Assembly (NCBI GenBank): GCA_003223835.1
Contig: QHWR01000040.1
Location: 15,134 to 79,133 of the forward strand
Length of the DNA: 64,000 nucleotides
Reading direction: 5' to 3'
Source of the DNA: Acidobacteriota bacterium
Lineage (GTDB): Bacteria > Acidobacteriota > Vicinamibacteria > Vicinamibacterales > 2-12-FULL-66-21
Numbering within the stretch: position 1 is the first letter of the stretch; each line of letters begins with the position of its first letter. Of this stretch, positions 20,469 through 33,500 are shown in pieces. Both the position numbers and the translations under genes were made by a program. The notes beneath the pieces were generated by a model. It was not told where the DNA came from. It saw only the letters and a program-made list of their open reading frames with translations, and searched no databases.

Positions 20469-21574
20469 TGCTGCTCCTCTGGACGCTCCTGATCGCGGCG
20501 CAGACGACGTCGGCACCCGGCGCGGCCGCGCGAGCGCCGGCGCCGGCCGATCGCGTCGAGGTCGTGCTGTTCTCCGACTTTCAGTGTCCGTTCTGCGCGC
20601 TGCTCGCGCAGCCGGTCCGCCAACTGGAGACCAAAGGCGTCGAGGGCGTGGACGTCACCGTCCGGTTCAAGAATTTCCCGCTCCCGATCCACCCGCGCGC
20701 GGCGCTCGCGCACCAGGCCGCGCTCGCCGCGATGCGGCAGGGCAAGTTCTGGGAGATGCACGACCTGCTCTTCGCGAACCAGCGCAAGGCGGAGCGCGAT
20801 GACGTGCTGGGATACGCGCGGACGCTGGGGCTCGACCTCGTTCGCTTCCAAAAGGACATCGACAGCGACGAGATCAAGGCGTCGATCGCCGCCGACAAGG
20901 CGGAAGGCGACAGGCGTCGCGTCACGGGAACGCCGACCTACTACATCAACGGCAAGCCGTACGTCGGCGCGCGCTCGTACGAGCAGTTGAAGCAGCTCGT
21001 CGTCGGCGAACAGCGTCGCGCGCGCGCGCTGGCCGACGTGACCGACACGATGGTGAGCCAGGGCGCGTCGGACGCGCCCGTGATCATCGAATTGTTTGCG
21101 GACCTCGAGAGTCCCATCAGTCCGTCGGCGGTGCGCGTGGTCGACGAGGTCATGGCGCGATATCCCGCGGAGGTTCGCGTGCAGTTCCGCAACCTGCCGC
21201 TCGCGTTCCATCCCGGCGCGGCGCTCGCGCACGAAGCGGCGATGACCGCCGCGAAGGCGGGGCGGTTCTGGGACTTCGCGCGCGGCGTGCTCGCGCGGCG
21301 GCAGCCGGCGACGGACCGCGACCTGATCGCGCTCGCCGGCCGCCTCGGCCTCGACGAGGCGGCGTTCGCCGACACGCTGCGCCAGCATCGCTACGCGGCG
21401 CGCGTGGACGCCGACCTCGACGTCGCGCGCACCCGCGGCGTGCGCGGCAGTCCGGCTCTGTTCGTCAACGGCAGGCGGATCGACGGCGTTCCGACGCTGG
21501 CCGTCCTGACCCAATACGTCGAAGCAGAACTCATGGCGAGGCACGTCGGGCGCCTGGAACAACACTCATCGTGA
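20465..21574 (+). CDS. Tandem DsbA-like thioredoxin-fold protein (two domains; the second lacks the CxxC)
   Basis: ATG 20465 overlaps the upstream stop (ATGA).
- Signal: MMLLLWTLLIAAQTTSAPG.
- Domain 1: …VEVVLFSDFQCPFCALLAQP…FKNFPLPIHPRAALAHQAALAAMRQGKFWEMHDLLF…
- Domain 2: …VIIELFADLESPISPSAVRV…FRNLPLAFHPGAALAHEAAMTAAKAGRFWDF… (SPIS in place of CPFC). Confidence 0.8.
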   Translation: MMLLLWTLLIAAQTTSAPGAAARAPAPADRVEVVLFSDFQCPFCALLAQPVRQLETKGVEGVDVTVRFKNFPLPIHPRAALAHQAALAAMRQGKFWEMHDLLFANQRKAERDDVLGYARTLGLDLVRFQKDIDSDEIKASIAADKAEGDRRRVTGTPTYYINGKPYVGARSYEQLKQLVVGEQRRARALADVTDTMVSQGASDAPVIIELFADLESPISPSAVRVVDEVMARYPAEVRVQFRNLPLAFHPGAALAHEAAMTAAKAGRFWDFARGVLARRQPATDRDLIALAGRLGLDEAAFADTLRQHRYAARVDADLDVARTRGVRGSPALFVNGRRIDGVPTLAVLTQYVEAELMARHVGRLEQHSS

Positions 21575-24500
21575 CCACTACCGCCACGCGTTTCGTCCGC
21601 CTGCTCGCGCTCGTCCTGCTGGCCGTGTGTCCGGCACGGGAGACGTTCGCGCAGCTCAACGAGAACTGCACGGTCAGCGTGCTCAACCGGAACGTCCGCG
21701 TCAACCCGGACGGCACGTGGGTCCTGCCCAACGTCCCGGCGAATTTCGGGCCGGTGCGCGCGCGCGCGACGTGCATCATCGACGGCAGGACGATCTCCGG
21801 CGAGTCCGAGCCGTTCCTGGTTCCGCCGAATGGCGCGGTGAACGTGCCGCGAATCGTGTTCGGCGAGCTGACCCCCATCCCCACGACCGTGACGGTCACC
21901 GCGCCGGCGTCCCTCCTGACGGCGCTGGGATCGACGCTGCAGCTCACCGTGACCGCGGCGTACGCCAACAACACCACGCGCGACGTGACGGCCGAGGCGA
22001 CCGGCACGCAGTACACGATCAGCAACTCCGCGATCGCGACCGTCAGCGGCAACGGCCTCGTGACGGCCGTCAAGGCGGGGATCGTGCTCGTCCAGGCCAC
22101 GCACGAAGGCGCGTCGGGCCTGATCTCGATCCGCATCGCGCCGTCCAACGCCGACGCAGACGGCGACGGGATCCCCGACGACGTGGAGGTCGCCCTCGGC
22201 TTGAACCCGCAGGATCCGACCGACGCCGCCGAGGACTTCGATCGTGACGGCCTCACGAACCTGCAGGAGTACCTGCTCGGCACGGACATCCGCAAGGCGG
22301 ACACCGACGGCGACGGCCTCACCGACGGCGACGAAGTCGCGCGCGGGACGAACCCGCTGCTCCGGGACACCGACGGCGACGGCATTTCCGACGGCCTCGA
22401 GGTGCAGACCGGCAGCAACCCGCTCGACGCGAACAGCTACAACCTCGCCGCCGCGCTCACGTCGGTCACCGTCGCGCCGGCGCAGTTCGTCCTGACGTTC
22501 AACACGATCCTCGGCGACGTGACGCTGCAGCTCAAGGTGACCGGGCATTTGAAAGACGGCTCGACGATCGATCTCACCTCGACGCGGCGCGGCACGAACT
22601 ACAACTCGAGCAACCTGAACGTCTGCAACTTCGGCGCGACCGACGGCATGGTCTTCGCCGGCGAAGAAGGCAGCTGCACGATTACCGCGACCGTTGCAAC
22701 CTTCACCGCGTCGTCATCCGGCAACGTCCACAAGTTCTCGCCGAAGCCGTTGTCGTTCGTCGATCTCGGCGGCCCGGGCAACAACATCGACGTGAGCGGC
22801 GACTACGCGTACGTCGCGGTCGGCGCGGCCGGGCTCAAGGTGGTGAACGTCAGCGATCGCAAGACGCCGCAAATCGTCGCGACGCTCAGCCTGCCGGGGA
22901 CCGCGAACGACGTGAAGCTCGCCGGGACCCGCGCGTATGTCGCCGCGGGCGCGGCCGGCCTCCACATCGTCGACGTCAGCAACCCGATTGCCCCCAGACT
23001 GATCGGCACGTTCGACACGGCGGGGAGCGCCAACGACGTGCGGTCGAACGGCAACCTCGCGTTCGTCGCCGATGGATCGGCCGGACTGGCCATCATCGAC
23101 GTCTCGACGCCGGATACGCCGCGGCTGATCGGCGCGCTGAGTGGGATTGGCACGGCCAACGGCGTCGACGTCGTCGGCGGGCTCGCCCTCATCGCCAACG
23201 GATCCATGCTGCGCGTCGTGGACGTGAGCAATCCCGCGAACCCGCGATCGATCGGCACGGTCAACCTGCCCGGCGACGCGCAGGACGTCGTGGCCAGAGG
23301 CACGACCGCGTACGTCGCGGACTACACCGGCAGCCTGCAGGTCGTGGACTTCACGACGCCGACGGCGCCCGTCGTGGTCGGGACGACGACGCAGGCGCTC
23401 GGCGGCATCCTCTACGACGTCGCCGTGTCCGGCAACTTCGTGTTCGGCGCCGACATCTTCTTCGTCAACGGCGTGCCGATCGTCGACGTCACGAATCCGC
23501 ACAGCCCGATCCCGCGGGCGATCCTCGACTTCCGGCAGTTCCGGGACGACAACGGGTCCGGCATCGCGGCGGACGGCAGCTACGTCTACCTGACGACCCT
23601 CGAGGGCCGGCTCTACATCGGCCAATACCGCCTGCTCGAGGATCTCTATGGCGTGGCGCCGACGGTCAGCATCTCGGCGCCGGCGCCGGGCGCGACGTTC
23701 GTCGAAGGGGAAACGATCCCGGTCAGCGTGGTCGCAACCGACGACGTGTCGGTCACGGCCGTCACGCTCGAGGTCGACGGCGCCGCCGCGGCGACCGACA
23801 CGACGGCGCCCTATCAATTCACGGTCACGGCGCCGCACGGCGCGACGGGCGTCACGCTCGGCGCCTCCGCCGTCGATCTCGGGAACAACGTTGGCGTCGC
23901 GGCGGACATCCAGGTCGCCGTGACACCCGATCCGCTGACGACAGCGGCGGGGCGCGTGGTGGACCGGAACGGCACGCCGGTTGGCGGCGCGACCGTGTCG
24001 TGTCTCGCGCACACGGGCGTCACGACACCGGACGGCGCGTTCGCGATCCCCGGACTGCCGACCATTCAGCCGACGGTCCTGTGCACCGCCGATTACGTCG
24101 ATGCGCAGGGGATCACGCAGCACGGCGCGTCGGCGCGCGTGCCGCCGGTCCGCGGCGGGATGACGCAGGTCGGCGACATCCGGCTGCTGGCGGTTCCCGT
24201 GATCGCCTCGATCACGCCGAAGGCGATCGACTCGTTCCGGCCGCCCACCACGCTTCACGTGACGGGCGTGAACCTCACCGGCGCGACGTTCGCGTTCGTG
24301 TCCGACACGACGCCGATCGTGACCGCTGGAACGCCGCAGATCGACGCCGGCGGGACGTCGGCGACGCTGCCGATCAACGTGACGTTCGGCGCGCAGGGCA
24401 CGCTCGTGCTGACGGCGACCAACAGCGTCGGGACGTCCGAGACGTTCGCGACCGCCGGCAATTCGCTCGTGGTGCTCAGCCTGACGCCGGCCGGCGACGC

Positions 24501-27500
24501 CGACAACGACGGCCTGACCAACGAGTACGAACTGGCGATCGGCACGGATCCCACGAGTCCCGACACCGATCACGATGGCATCCCCGACGGATGGGAAGTC
24601 CGGTTCGGCCTCAATCCGCTCGACGCGGCCGACGCGAACCAGGACGCGGACGGCGACGGCGCCACGAATCTGGAGGAGTTCGCCGCCGGCACCAGCCCGG
24701 TCAACCCGCACACCGTGCCGCCGGCGGTAGCGGAAGTGTTCCCGGCGAACGGCGCGACGAATTACCCGACGAACGGCGTGGTGATTGTCCGCTTCGACGA
24801 GCCGCTGCTGACAGCGGTGGCGATCGACGTCGCGAAGCAGGCGCTCGGCGCCGCGTTACCGGCGAGCCAGAGCCAGGTGGACCTCACAGCGGCGGCGCAG
24901 GCGCTGCAGGCGTACCTGCGGACGCACGGTGAAGGGGACACGGTCGTGCCGGGCACCGTCCGCGTGAGGCGGAACGGGATCGACGTGGCCGGCGCCGTCA
25001 CCTTGTCGAACGACAAGTTGTCGATCACGTTCACGCCGTCGCAGGCGCTGCTGGCGTCCTCGCTGTACACCGTGACCGTCGCCGGCGTTCGCGACGCCGC
25101 CGGCAATCCCATGACGCAGGCGTTCGAGAGCGTGTTCACCACCGGCCAGTCGGGGGACACGAGCGCTCCGCGCGTGTTGCTGACCAACCCGTCGAGCGGC
25201 ATGTCGGGCGTGCCGGTCAACGCGCCGGTGACCGTGCAGTTCACCAAACGTCTCGATCCCGCGACGCTGACCGCGCAAAGCTTCGCCGCGTACGACAACT
25301 TCACCGGCCAGCAGGTCGCCGGGATGATCCAGATGGAGCCGAGCGGTCTCGTCGCGTCGTTCGTCCCGCAGACGACGTGGGCGCCGGGCCGATCGTTCAG
25401 CGTCTATCTGAACACCGACATCAAGGACTCGGCCGGCAACCGGCTCCAGTCGTACTCGTTCTCGTTCTCGACGGCGTTCTTCGCCGACGCGCAGGGCCCG
25501 CACATCGTGGGCACCAGTCCCGCGGACGGCGATACGAACGTGCCGTTGAACGTCCCGATCGTCGTGCAGTTCGACGAGGCCGTGAACACGATTCGCGGGG
25601 CGGCGGGCGTCCAGGTGTTCGCGCAGGGCCAGCCCATCCCGGGCTCGATCGCGCTTTCCGACGGCAACCGGCGGATCACGTTCACGCCGGCGTCGGCGCT
25701 GGCGCCGAACACCGCTTACACCATCGTTCCGAGCGCGCAGCTCACGGACATCGCGGGGAACCTCGTTGCCGCGTTCACGAACGCGACGTTCACGACGGGC
25801 GCCGCGGCGGACAACACCACGCCGTCCGTGACGGCGGTGAGTCCCGCGAATGGCGCCGGGGGAGTGCCGACCAATACGGTCGTCCAACTGAGCTTCAACG
25901 AGCCGATCAACCGGCTGACCGTGAACGCCGCGACCTTCGTCGTGTATCCGCAGGCGACCGGCATCCCGGTGGCGGCGACCTATGCGGTCTCCGCGGACGG
26001 TCGAAACGCGACGCTGATTCCGGCCAGCCCGCTCGTCTCGCTGACCGGCTATTACGTCAGCATGAGCGGCATCTCGGATGCCGTCGGTCATGCGACGTCT
26101 ACATTCACGAGCTTTACGACCGGCGCGGCCGCCGACACCGCGCCGCCGACGGTCGTGGCGATCAGCCCGGCCGGCGGCGCGACCAACGTGCCGCTCAACG
26201 CGCGCGTCGTCGTGCGCCTGAGCGAACCGATCAACCCCTCCTCGGCGACGACGGCCGCGGTGAAACTGACCGCGGGGGGCAATGCGGCAGCGGCGACGGT
26301 GGCGCTGAGTGCCGACCGCCTCACGATCACGCTGACGCCGGGGGCGCCGCTCGCCGCCTCGACGCTCTACACGGTCAAGGTCAGCGGGCTCACGAACCTC
26401 GCGGGCCTGGAGGTCGTGGCGGCGACCAGCACGTTCACGACCGGCACCGCCGCCAGCGGTCCGCAGCTCGCGGTCACCTCGTTCACGCCGGCCAACAACA
26501 GCGTGAACGTGCCGGTGGACAGCCCGATCCTCGTGACGTTCAACGCGCCGATCGATCCGACGTCGGTCAACGTCAACTCGGTCTTCGTGTTCGTGTCCGG
26601 AGCGGGAGCGGTCTCCGGCACGTTTGCCGTCCAGGGCAACAGCGTGACCTACACGCCCGTGAGTTCATTCCCCGGCAATACGACCGTGTCGGTGCAGGTG
26701 TCCGGCGTCCTCGACGTCGCCGGCCACGGGAACAACTTCGCGAGCATGTCGTTCCGCACGGTCGCCGCGCCCGACACGACCGCGCCGGCGGTGATCAGCG
26801 TGACGCCCGGGGACGGCGCGATGGGCATCGGGCTCAACGCGCAGGTGGTCGTGACCTTCTCGGAGTCGGTGAACCCGTCGACGGTGAACAACAACACGAT
26901 CGCGCTGTTCGCGAACGGCGGCCGCTTCGGCAACATCGCGGGGATCTCGGCGGACAACCGCACCGTCGTGCTGAACGGTGGAATGTTGCCGGCGTCGAGC
27001 GTCGTCACGGTGGCGCTCACGAGCGCGATACAGGATCTGTCGGGGAACAGGCTCGCCGACTTCACGACGGCGTTCACGACGGCGCCTCCCTTCGACACGG
27101 CACGGCCGTCGGTCGTCAGCCAGCGGCCCGGCAACGGCGCGAGCGGCGTGGCCGCGGGAACCCGCATCGTGCTCTTCCTGAGCGAGCCGCTCGACGCGAC
27201 CACGGTGCCCTCCGCGCTGCACGTGTCGCAGAACGGCGCGTTGGTCGACGGCGTGGTGCAGGTCAGCGGCAACGGCCAGGTGATTCAGTTCTTCCCGGCG
27301 GAGCCGTGGGCGGGCAACGCGCTGGTTCAGGTGTTCCTCGACACGACCGCGCGCGATCTGCAGGGCAACAGCGTCTCGGCGTATCAGGCCTCGTTCCGCA
27401 CCGCCGCGGATCCGCAAACGACGCGTCCGGTGGTGACGGCGGTCAGCCCGGTGTACGGCGCGGGGAATGCGCCGCTCAACACGGTCGTCACGATCGGGTA

Positions 27501-30500
27501 CAGCCTGCCGCTGGATCCCGCGACGGTGACGGCGACTACGGTCACGATGACCGGACCGGCCGGCGCGGTGAACATCGCCGTCACGCTCGACGCGACCGGC
27601 CAGGTCATTCGCCTCGTGCCGGCGGGCCCGCTGGTTGCGAACTCGTACTACTTCTACCAGACGACGGCCGCGATCCGCGGGATCAACGGGCTGGCGCCGC
27701 AGAATCCCGGGTCTTGGTACTTCTATACGGGCGGACCCCTCGACGCGACCGCGCCCGCGGTGCGGTCCATCACGCCGCCGCCCGCGGCCGTCAGCGTCGG
27801 CGACAACGCGCGCATCATCGTGCGTTTCACGGAGCAGGTGAATCCGCTCACCGTCAACGGGACGACGCTTTCGGTCGCTGCGAACGCGTCCGTGCCCACG
27901 TCGGTCACGTTCTCGAACCAGAACATGGACGTGTATCTGGAGCCGTACGCGCCGCTGCCCGACGGGCAGTCGGTAACGGTCGCCATCGCCGGCGTCACCG
28001 ATATCGCCGGCAATCCCGTGACCGCCACGTCGGCGCAATTCACCGTCGGCGCGGGACCTGACGTGAAACCGCCGACGACGCTCGCGGAGAACCCCGTCAA
28101 CGGCCTCACGAACGTGCCGATCAATGCCGTCGTCTCGCTGCTGTTCAACGAGCCGATCGATCCGAGCTCCGTCACGCCGGGCGCGTTCCAGGTCTACGAC
28201 AACGTCGTCGGCCAGGTGAGCGGCAGCTACACGGTGAGCGGCGACGGCCGGCTGGTGACCTTCGTCCAGGCGAAGCCGTTCGGCATCGACCGGTCGCACA
28301 GCGTGTACTTCGCGAACCAGGGGATCACCGATCTCGCGGGCAACCTCGCGAACGGCTCGGGCTTCTCGAACTTCAGCTTCACGACGGGCGTGTCGGCGAA
28401 CGTCACCGGCCCGCAGGTGATCGGGATCAGCCCGGCCGATCAGCTCACGGACGTCTCGCGCAACGCGCAGGTCGTCATCGATTTCGATCGGCCGATCAAC
28501 ACGCTCACGGCGCCGCAGATCGCGCTGTCGGCGGCCGGGTCCCCCGTCGCGACGTTCACGTCGTTCTCGAGCGGCGACCGGCGCGTCACGCTGACGCCCG
28601 TGAATCCGCTCGCGGCGGCGACGGTTCACGCGATCACGATCGGCGCGATTACGGATCTGAGCGGCGCGCCGCTTGCGACGCCCGTCGTCACGCAGTTCAC
28701 CACCGCGCCGGGCGTGGATCTGGTCGGCCCGCAGGTCACGTCGGTGAGCCCTGCGAACGGCGCGACGTCCGTGCCGACGAACACGGTCGTCCAGTTGACC
28801 TTCAGCGAGCGGATGAACCCGCTGACGGTGAACGGGAGCACGTTCCAGGTGTACCCGCAGGCGACGGGATTGCCGGTCGCGGGCGTCTACGTCGTGGCGA
28901 GCGACGGCCGAAGCGCTACCTTCACGCCGAGCGCCGCGCTCTCCGCATCCACGGGCTACTACATCAGCGTCAGCGGGATCGCCGATCTCACCGGCCAGGG
29001 GGCGAACACTTTCACCAGCTTCGCGACGGCCGCGGGACCGCAGATCGCACGTCCGACCGTTGCCGGGATCAGCCCGCCTGACGGCGCCACGAACGTGCCG
29101 TTGAACGGCCGCGTCGTCGTCCGGATGAGCGAGCCGGTGAGCCCGCTCTCGCTCAACGCGGAGGCGCTGACGTTATCGGCCGCCGGCAGCCTCGTGCCGG
29201 CCGCGGTGGCTCTCAGCGGGGATCGCCTCACTCTCACGCTGACGCCGAACGCGCCGCTCACCGCGTCGACGACGCATACGGTCGCCATCGCGCATCTGAC
29301 CAACGTCGTCGGCGCCGAAGTGCTGCCCGTGACGAGCGCCTTCACGACGGGCACGACGACGGCCGGCAGCAATTCGCTGACCGTGTCGTCGATCGCGCCA
29401 GCCAACGGCGCGCAGAACGTGCCCGTGGACAGCACGGTGAGGGTCACGTTCAGCACGGCTGTCGATCCGACCTCCGTCAACGTGAATACGGTGACGATCT
29501 ATCTGTCGGGCGTGACCAATCTGGCGGGTTCGTACGTGGTGCAGGGGGCGACGGTCACATTCACGCCGCTCAATCCGCTGCCCGGGAACACGACGATCTC
29601 GGTGCAGGTCTCCGGCGTCGTCGACTTCGCGGGACACGGGAACAACTACACGAACATCTCGTTCAAGACGGCGGCAGTGCCCGATACGACGGCGCCCACC
29701 GTCGTCAGCATCACCCCGAGCGAGGGCGCGACCGGCGTCGGGCCGAACGCGCAGGTCGTGATCGCGTTCTCGGAGTCGCTGAACGCCGCGACGGTGAGGA
29801 ACAACACCGTGGCGCTGTTCGTGAACGGCGCGCGGTTCGGCAACGTGGTGTCGGTCTCGGCCGACGCCCGCACCGTCGTCCTCGGCGGCGGCACGTGGCC
29901 GGCGTCGAGCCTCGTCACGGTGGCGTTGACGAGCGCGGTGCAGGACGTGTCCGGCAATCCGCTCGCGGACTTCACGAGCACCTTCACGACGGCGCCCGCG
30001 TTCGACACGGCGCGGCCGTCGGTGGTGAGCCAGCGGCCCGCGAACGGCTCGAGCGGCGTCGCTGCGAGCACGGACGTGGTGTTCTTCCTCAGCGAACCGC
30101 TCGATCCGGCGACGGTGCCGGACGCCGTGCACATCTCCGAGAACGGCGTGCTGGTGGACGGCACGGTGCAGGTGAGCGGCAACGGTCAGGTGATTCAGTT
30201 CGCGCCGGCGGAGCCATGGGCGGGCGGCGCGTTGATTCAGGTCTTCCTCGAATCGAGCGCGCGCGATCGCAACGGCAATAGTGTCTTCGCGTATCAGGCG
30301 TCGTTCCGCACGGCGTCCGATCCGCAGACGACGAGGCCGGCCCCGACCGCGGTGAGCCCGGTGTACGGCGCGTCGAACGTGCCGCTCAATACGGCGATCA
30401 CGATCGGCTACAACGTCCCGCTCGATCCGGCGACCGTGACGACGAGCACCGTCACGATGAGCGGCCCCGCCGGCGCGGTCAGCGCGGCCGTCAGCCTCGA

Positions 30501-33500
30501 CGCGACGGGCCAGGTGATCCGTCTCGTGCCGTCGGCGCCGCTGCTGCCGAACAATTACTACTACTACCAGGTGAGCACCGCGATCCGCGGAACGAACGGC
30601 CTGACGCCGCAGAACCAGGGTTCCTGGTACTTCTACACCGCGACGACGAGCGATACGATCGCGCCCGGCGTCCTGTCGGTGACGCCGCCTGCCGCCGCGA
30701 TCAACGTCGGCGACAACGCGCGCATTGTCGTGCGCTTCACCGAGCCGGTGAACACGCTCACGGTGAACGCGGCGACGCTGTCGGTAAGGGGCACGACGCC
30801 GATCGCCGGCGCGCTCAGCTTCGCCAACCAGAATCAGGACGTGTATCTGGAGCCGTTCACGCCGCTGCCCGACGGGCAGGTCCTGACGGTGGCGATCGAC
30901 GGCGTGACCGACGTCGCGGGGAATCCCGTCGCGGCGGTGACGTCGCAGTTCGCCGTCGGCGCCGGACCCGACGTGGCGGTGCCGGTGGTGCTCGCCATCA
31001 ATCCGGTGAACGGCCTCACGAACGTGCCGACGAACGTGGCGGTCTCGCTGCTCCTGAACGAGCCCATCGATCCGAGCTCGGTGACGCGCTCGAGCCTCCA
31101 GATCTACGACAACGTCGTCGGCCAGGTGAACGGCGCCTACACGGTGAGCAGCGACGGCCGCACGGTGACGTTCGTGCCGGGCGCGCCGCTCGGCGTGAGC
31201 CGCTCGCACAGCGTGTACTTCGCCAATCAGGGGATGACCGACCTCGCCGGCAATCTGGTGAACGGGTCGGGCTTCTCGAACTTCAGCTTCACGACGGGCG
31301 CGTCCGCGAACACGACGGCGCCGCAGGTGGTCGGGATCAGCCCGGCGGATCAGCTGACCGACGTCTCGCGCAACGTGCAGGTCGTCGTCGATCTCGATCG
31401 CCCGATCGACACGCTGACGGCGTCGCAGATCACGCTTGCGGCGAGCAGCGGAACGATCCCGGTCATCATGACGTTCGCCAACGGCGACCGCCGGATCACG
31501 CTGACGCCGATCGCGCCGCTGGCGGCCGCGACCGCCTACACCGTCACCGTGGGCGCGATTACGGATCTCAGCGGGATTCCGCTCGCCACGCCGGTGGTCA
31601 GTCATTTCACGACCACGACCGGCGTCGATCTGAACGGACCGCAGGTGAGCGTCGTCAGCCCGATCAACGGTGGAACGGGTGTGCCGACGAACGCGCTGAT
31701 TCAGCTCGGGTTCACCGAGCGCATGAATCCGCTGACCGTCAACGCCGGCACGTTCCGGCTCTATCCGCAGGCGACGGGGATTGTGATTGCCGGATCGTAC
31801 TCGGTCGCCGCCGACGGCCGGAGCGCGACGTTCACGCCGTCCGCGCCGCTGGCGCCGTCGACCGCCTACTACATCGACGTCAACGGCGTCGTGGATCTGA
31901 CCGGACAGGCCGCCTCGACGTTCACGAGCTTCACGACCGGGACAGCCGCGCAGGTCGCGCGGCCGACGGTCGTCACCGTCAGTCCGGCTGACGGCACGTC
32001 GGACGTGCCGCTCAACGCCAAGGTGTCCATGCTCGTGAGCGCGGCGATCAGCCCCGTGACGATCGGGAGCATGGCCGTCACGTTGTCGGCCAACGGCAGC
32101 AGCGTCGCCGGATCGATCTCGCTCAGCGCGGATCGCAGACAACTGACGCTGACGCCCGCCGCCGCGCTGGCGCCGAATACCACTTACACGGTGTTCGTCG
32201 GCGGCTTCGCGGACGTCGCCGGCAACCTCGTGCTGCCGTTCGGCAGCACGTTCACGACCGGGACCGCGGCGACCGACACCGGGCCGCTCGTCGTGAGCGC
32301 CTTCACCCCGGCGAACGGCACCCAGAACGTGCCGGTGAACAGCACCGTCGTCGTCCGGTTCAACAAGGCGGTCAGCCCGGTGACCGTCAACACGAACACG
32401 ATCGTGGTGTCGTACGCCGGCGTCAGCCACGTGGCGGGCGCCTACGCGGTCAGCGGCGGCACGGTGACGTTCACGCCGGCGAGCCCGTTCCCAGGCAATA
32501 CCAGCATCTCGGTGCAGGTGACGGGCGTCCAGGATCTGATCGGCAACGCGAACGGGTTCGCGTCCGCCTCCTTCGTGACGGCCGCCGTGGCGGATACGAC
32601 GCCGCCCGAGGTGGCGAGCGTGACGCCCGCCGACGGATCGGGCGACGTCGGCCTCAACGCGCAGGTCGTCGTGACGTTCTCCGAATCGCTGAATCCCGCG
32701 ACGGTGAGCAACAACACGTTCGCGTTGTTCGCCAACGGCATCCGCATCGGCAACATCGCGTCGGTGTCGGCCGACAACCGGACCGTCGTGCTGAGCGGCG
32801 GCACACTGCCGGCCGCGAGTCTCATCAGCCTCGTCATCACGAGCGCCGTTCGTGACCTCGCCGGGAACGCGCTCGCGGACTTCGTGAGCGGGTTCACCAC
32901 CGAGGATGCGCCCGACACGTCACGGCCGAGCATCGTGAGCCAGCGGCCGGCGAACGGCGCGAGCGGCGTGTCCGCCGCGAGCGGCGTCGTCCTGTTCGTC
33001 AGCGAGCCGCTCAACCCCGCAACCGTCGGGGCGGCGATCCACGTCTCGCAGAACGGCGTGCTCGTCGACGGGACGGCGCAGGTGACCGGCAACGGGCAGG
33101 TGATTCAGTTCCAGCCGGCCGTGGCGTGGGCGCCGAACGCGCTGATCCAGGTGTTCCTCGACGGCAACGCACAGGATCTGCAGGGCAACGCGCTCAACTC
33201 GTACCAAAGCTCGTTCCGGATCGCCGTCGATCCGCAGACCGCCGCGCCGGTCGCGACCGCGGTGAGCCCGGCGTACGGCTCGCAGAACGTGCCGCTGAAT
33301 CCGAGCATCGCCGTCGGTTACAACCAACCGCTCGATCCCGCGACGGTCAATACGTCCACGGTCAGCCTGAACGGCCCCGCGGGCAGGGTCAACGCGTCGG
33401 TCGGCCTCGATTCGACGGGAACGGTGATTCGGATCCTGCCCGTTGACGCGAGCAACAACCGGGTCGATCTGGCGCCCAACGCGTTCTACTACTACCAGAC

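Noticed and set aside
16265-21574. ORFs 16265..18811 (848 aa) and 18860..21574 (904 aa) taken as real large genes.
   Set aside because: Each is an Arg-rich alternate frame over a real gene for most of its length. Only the terminal parts are genuine (18227..18811 hypothetical; 20465..21574 DsbA-like).
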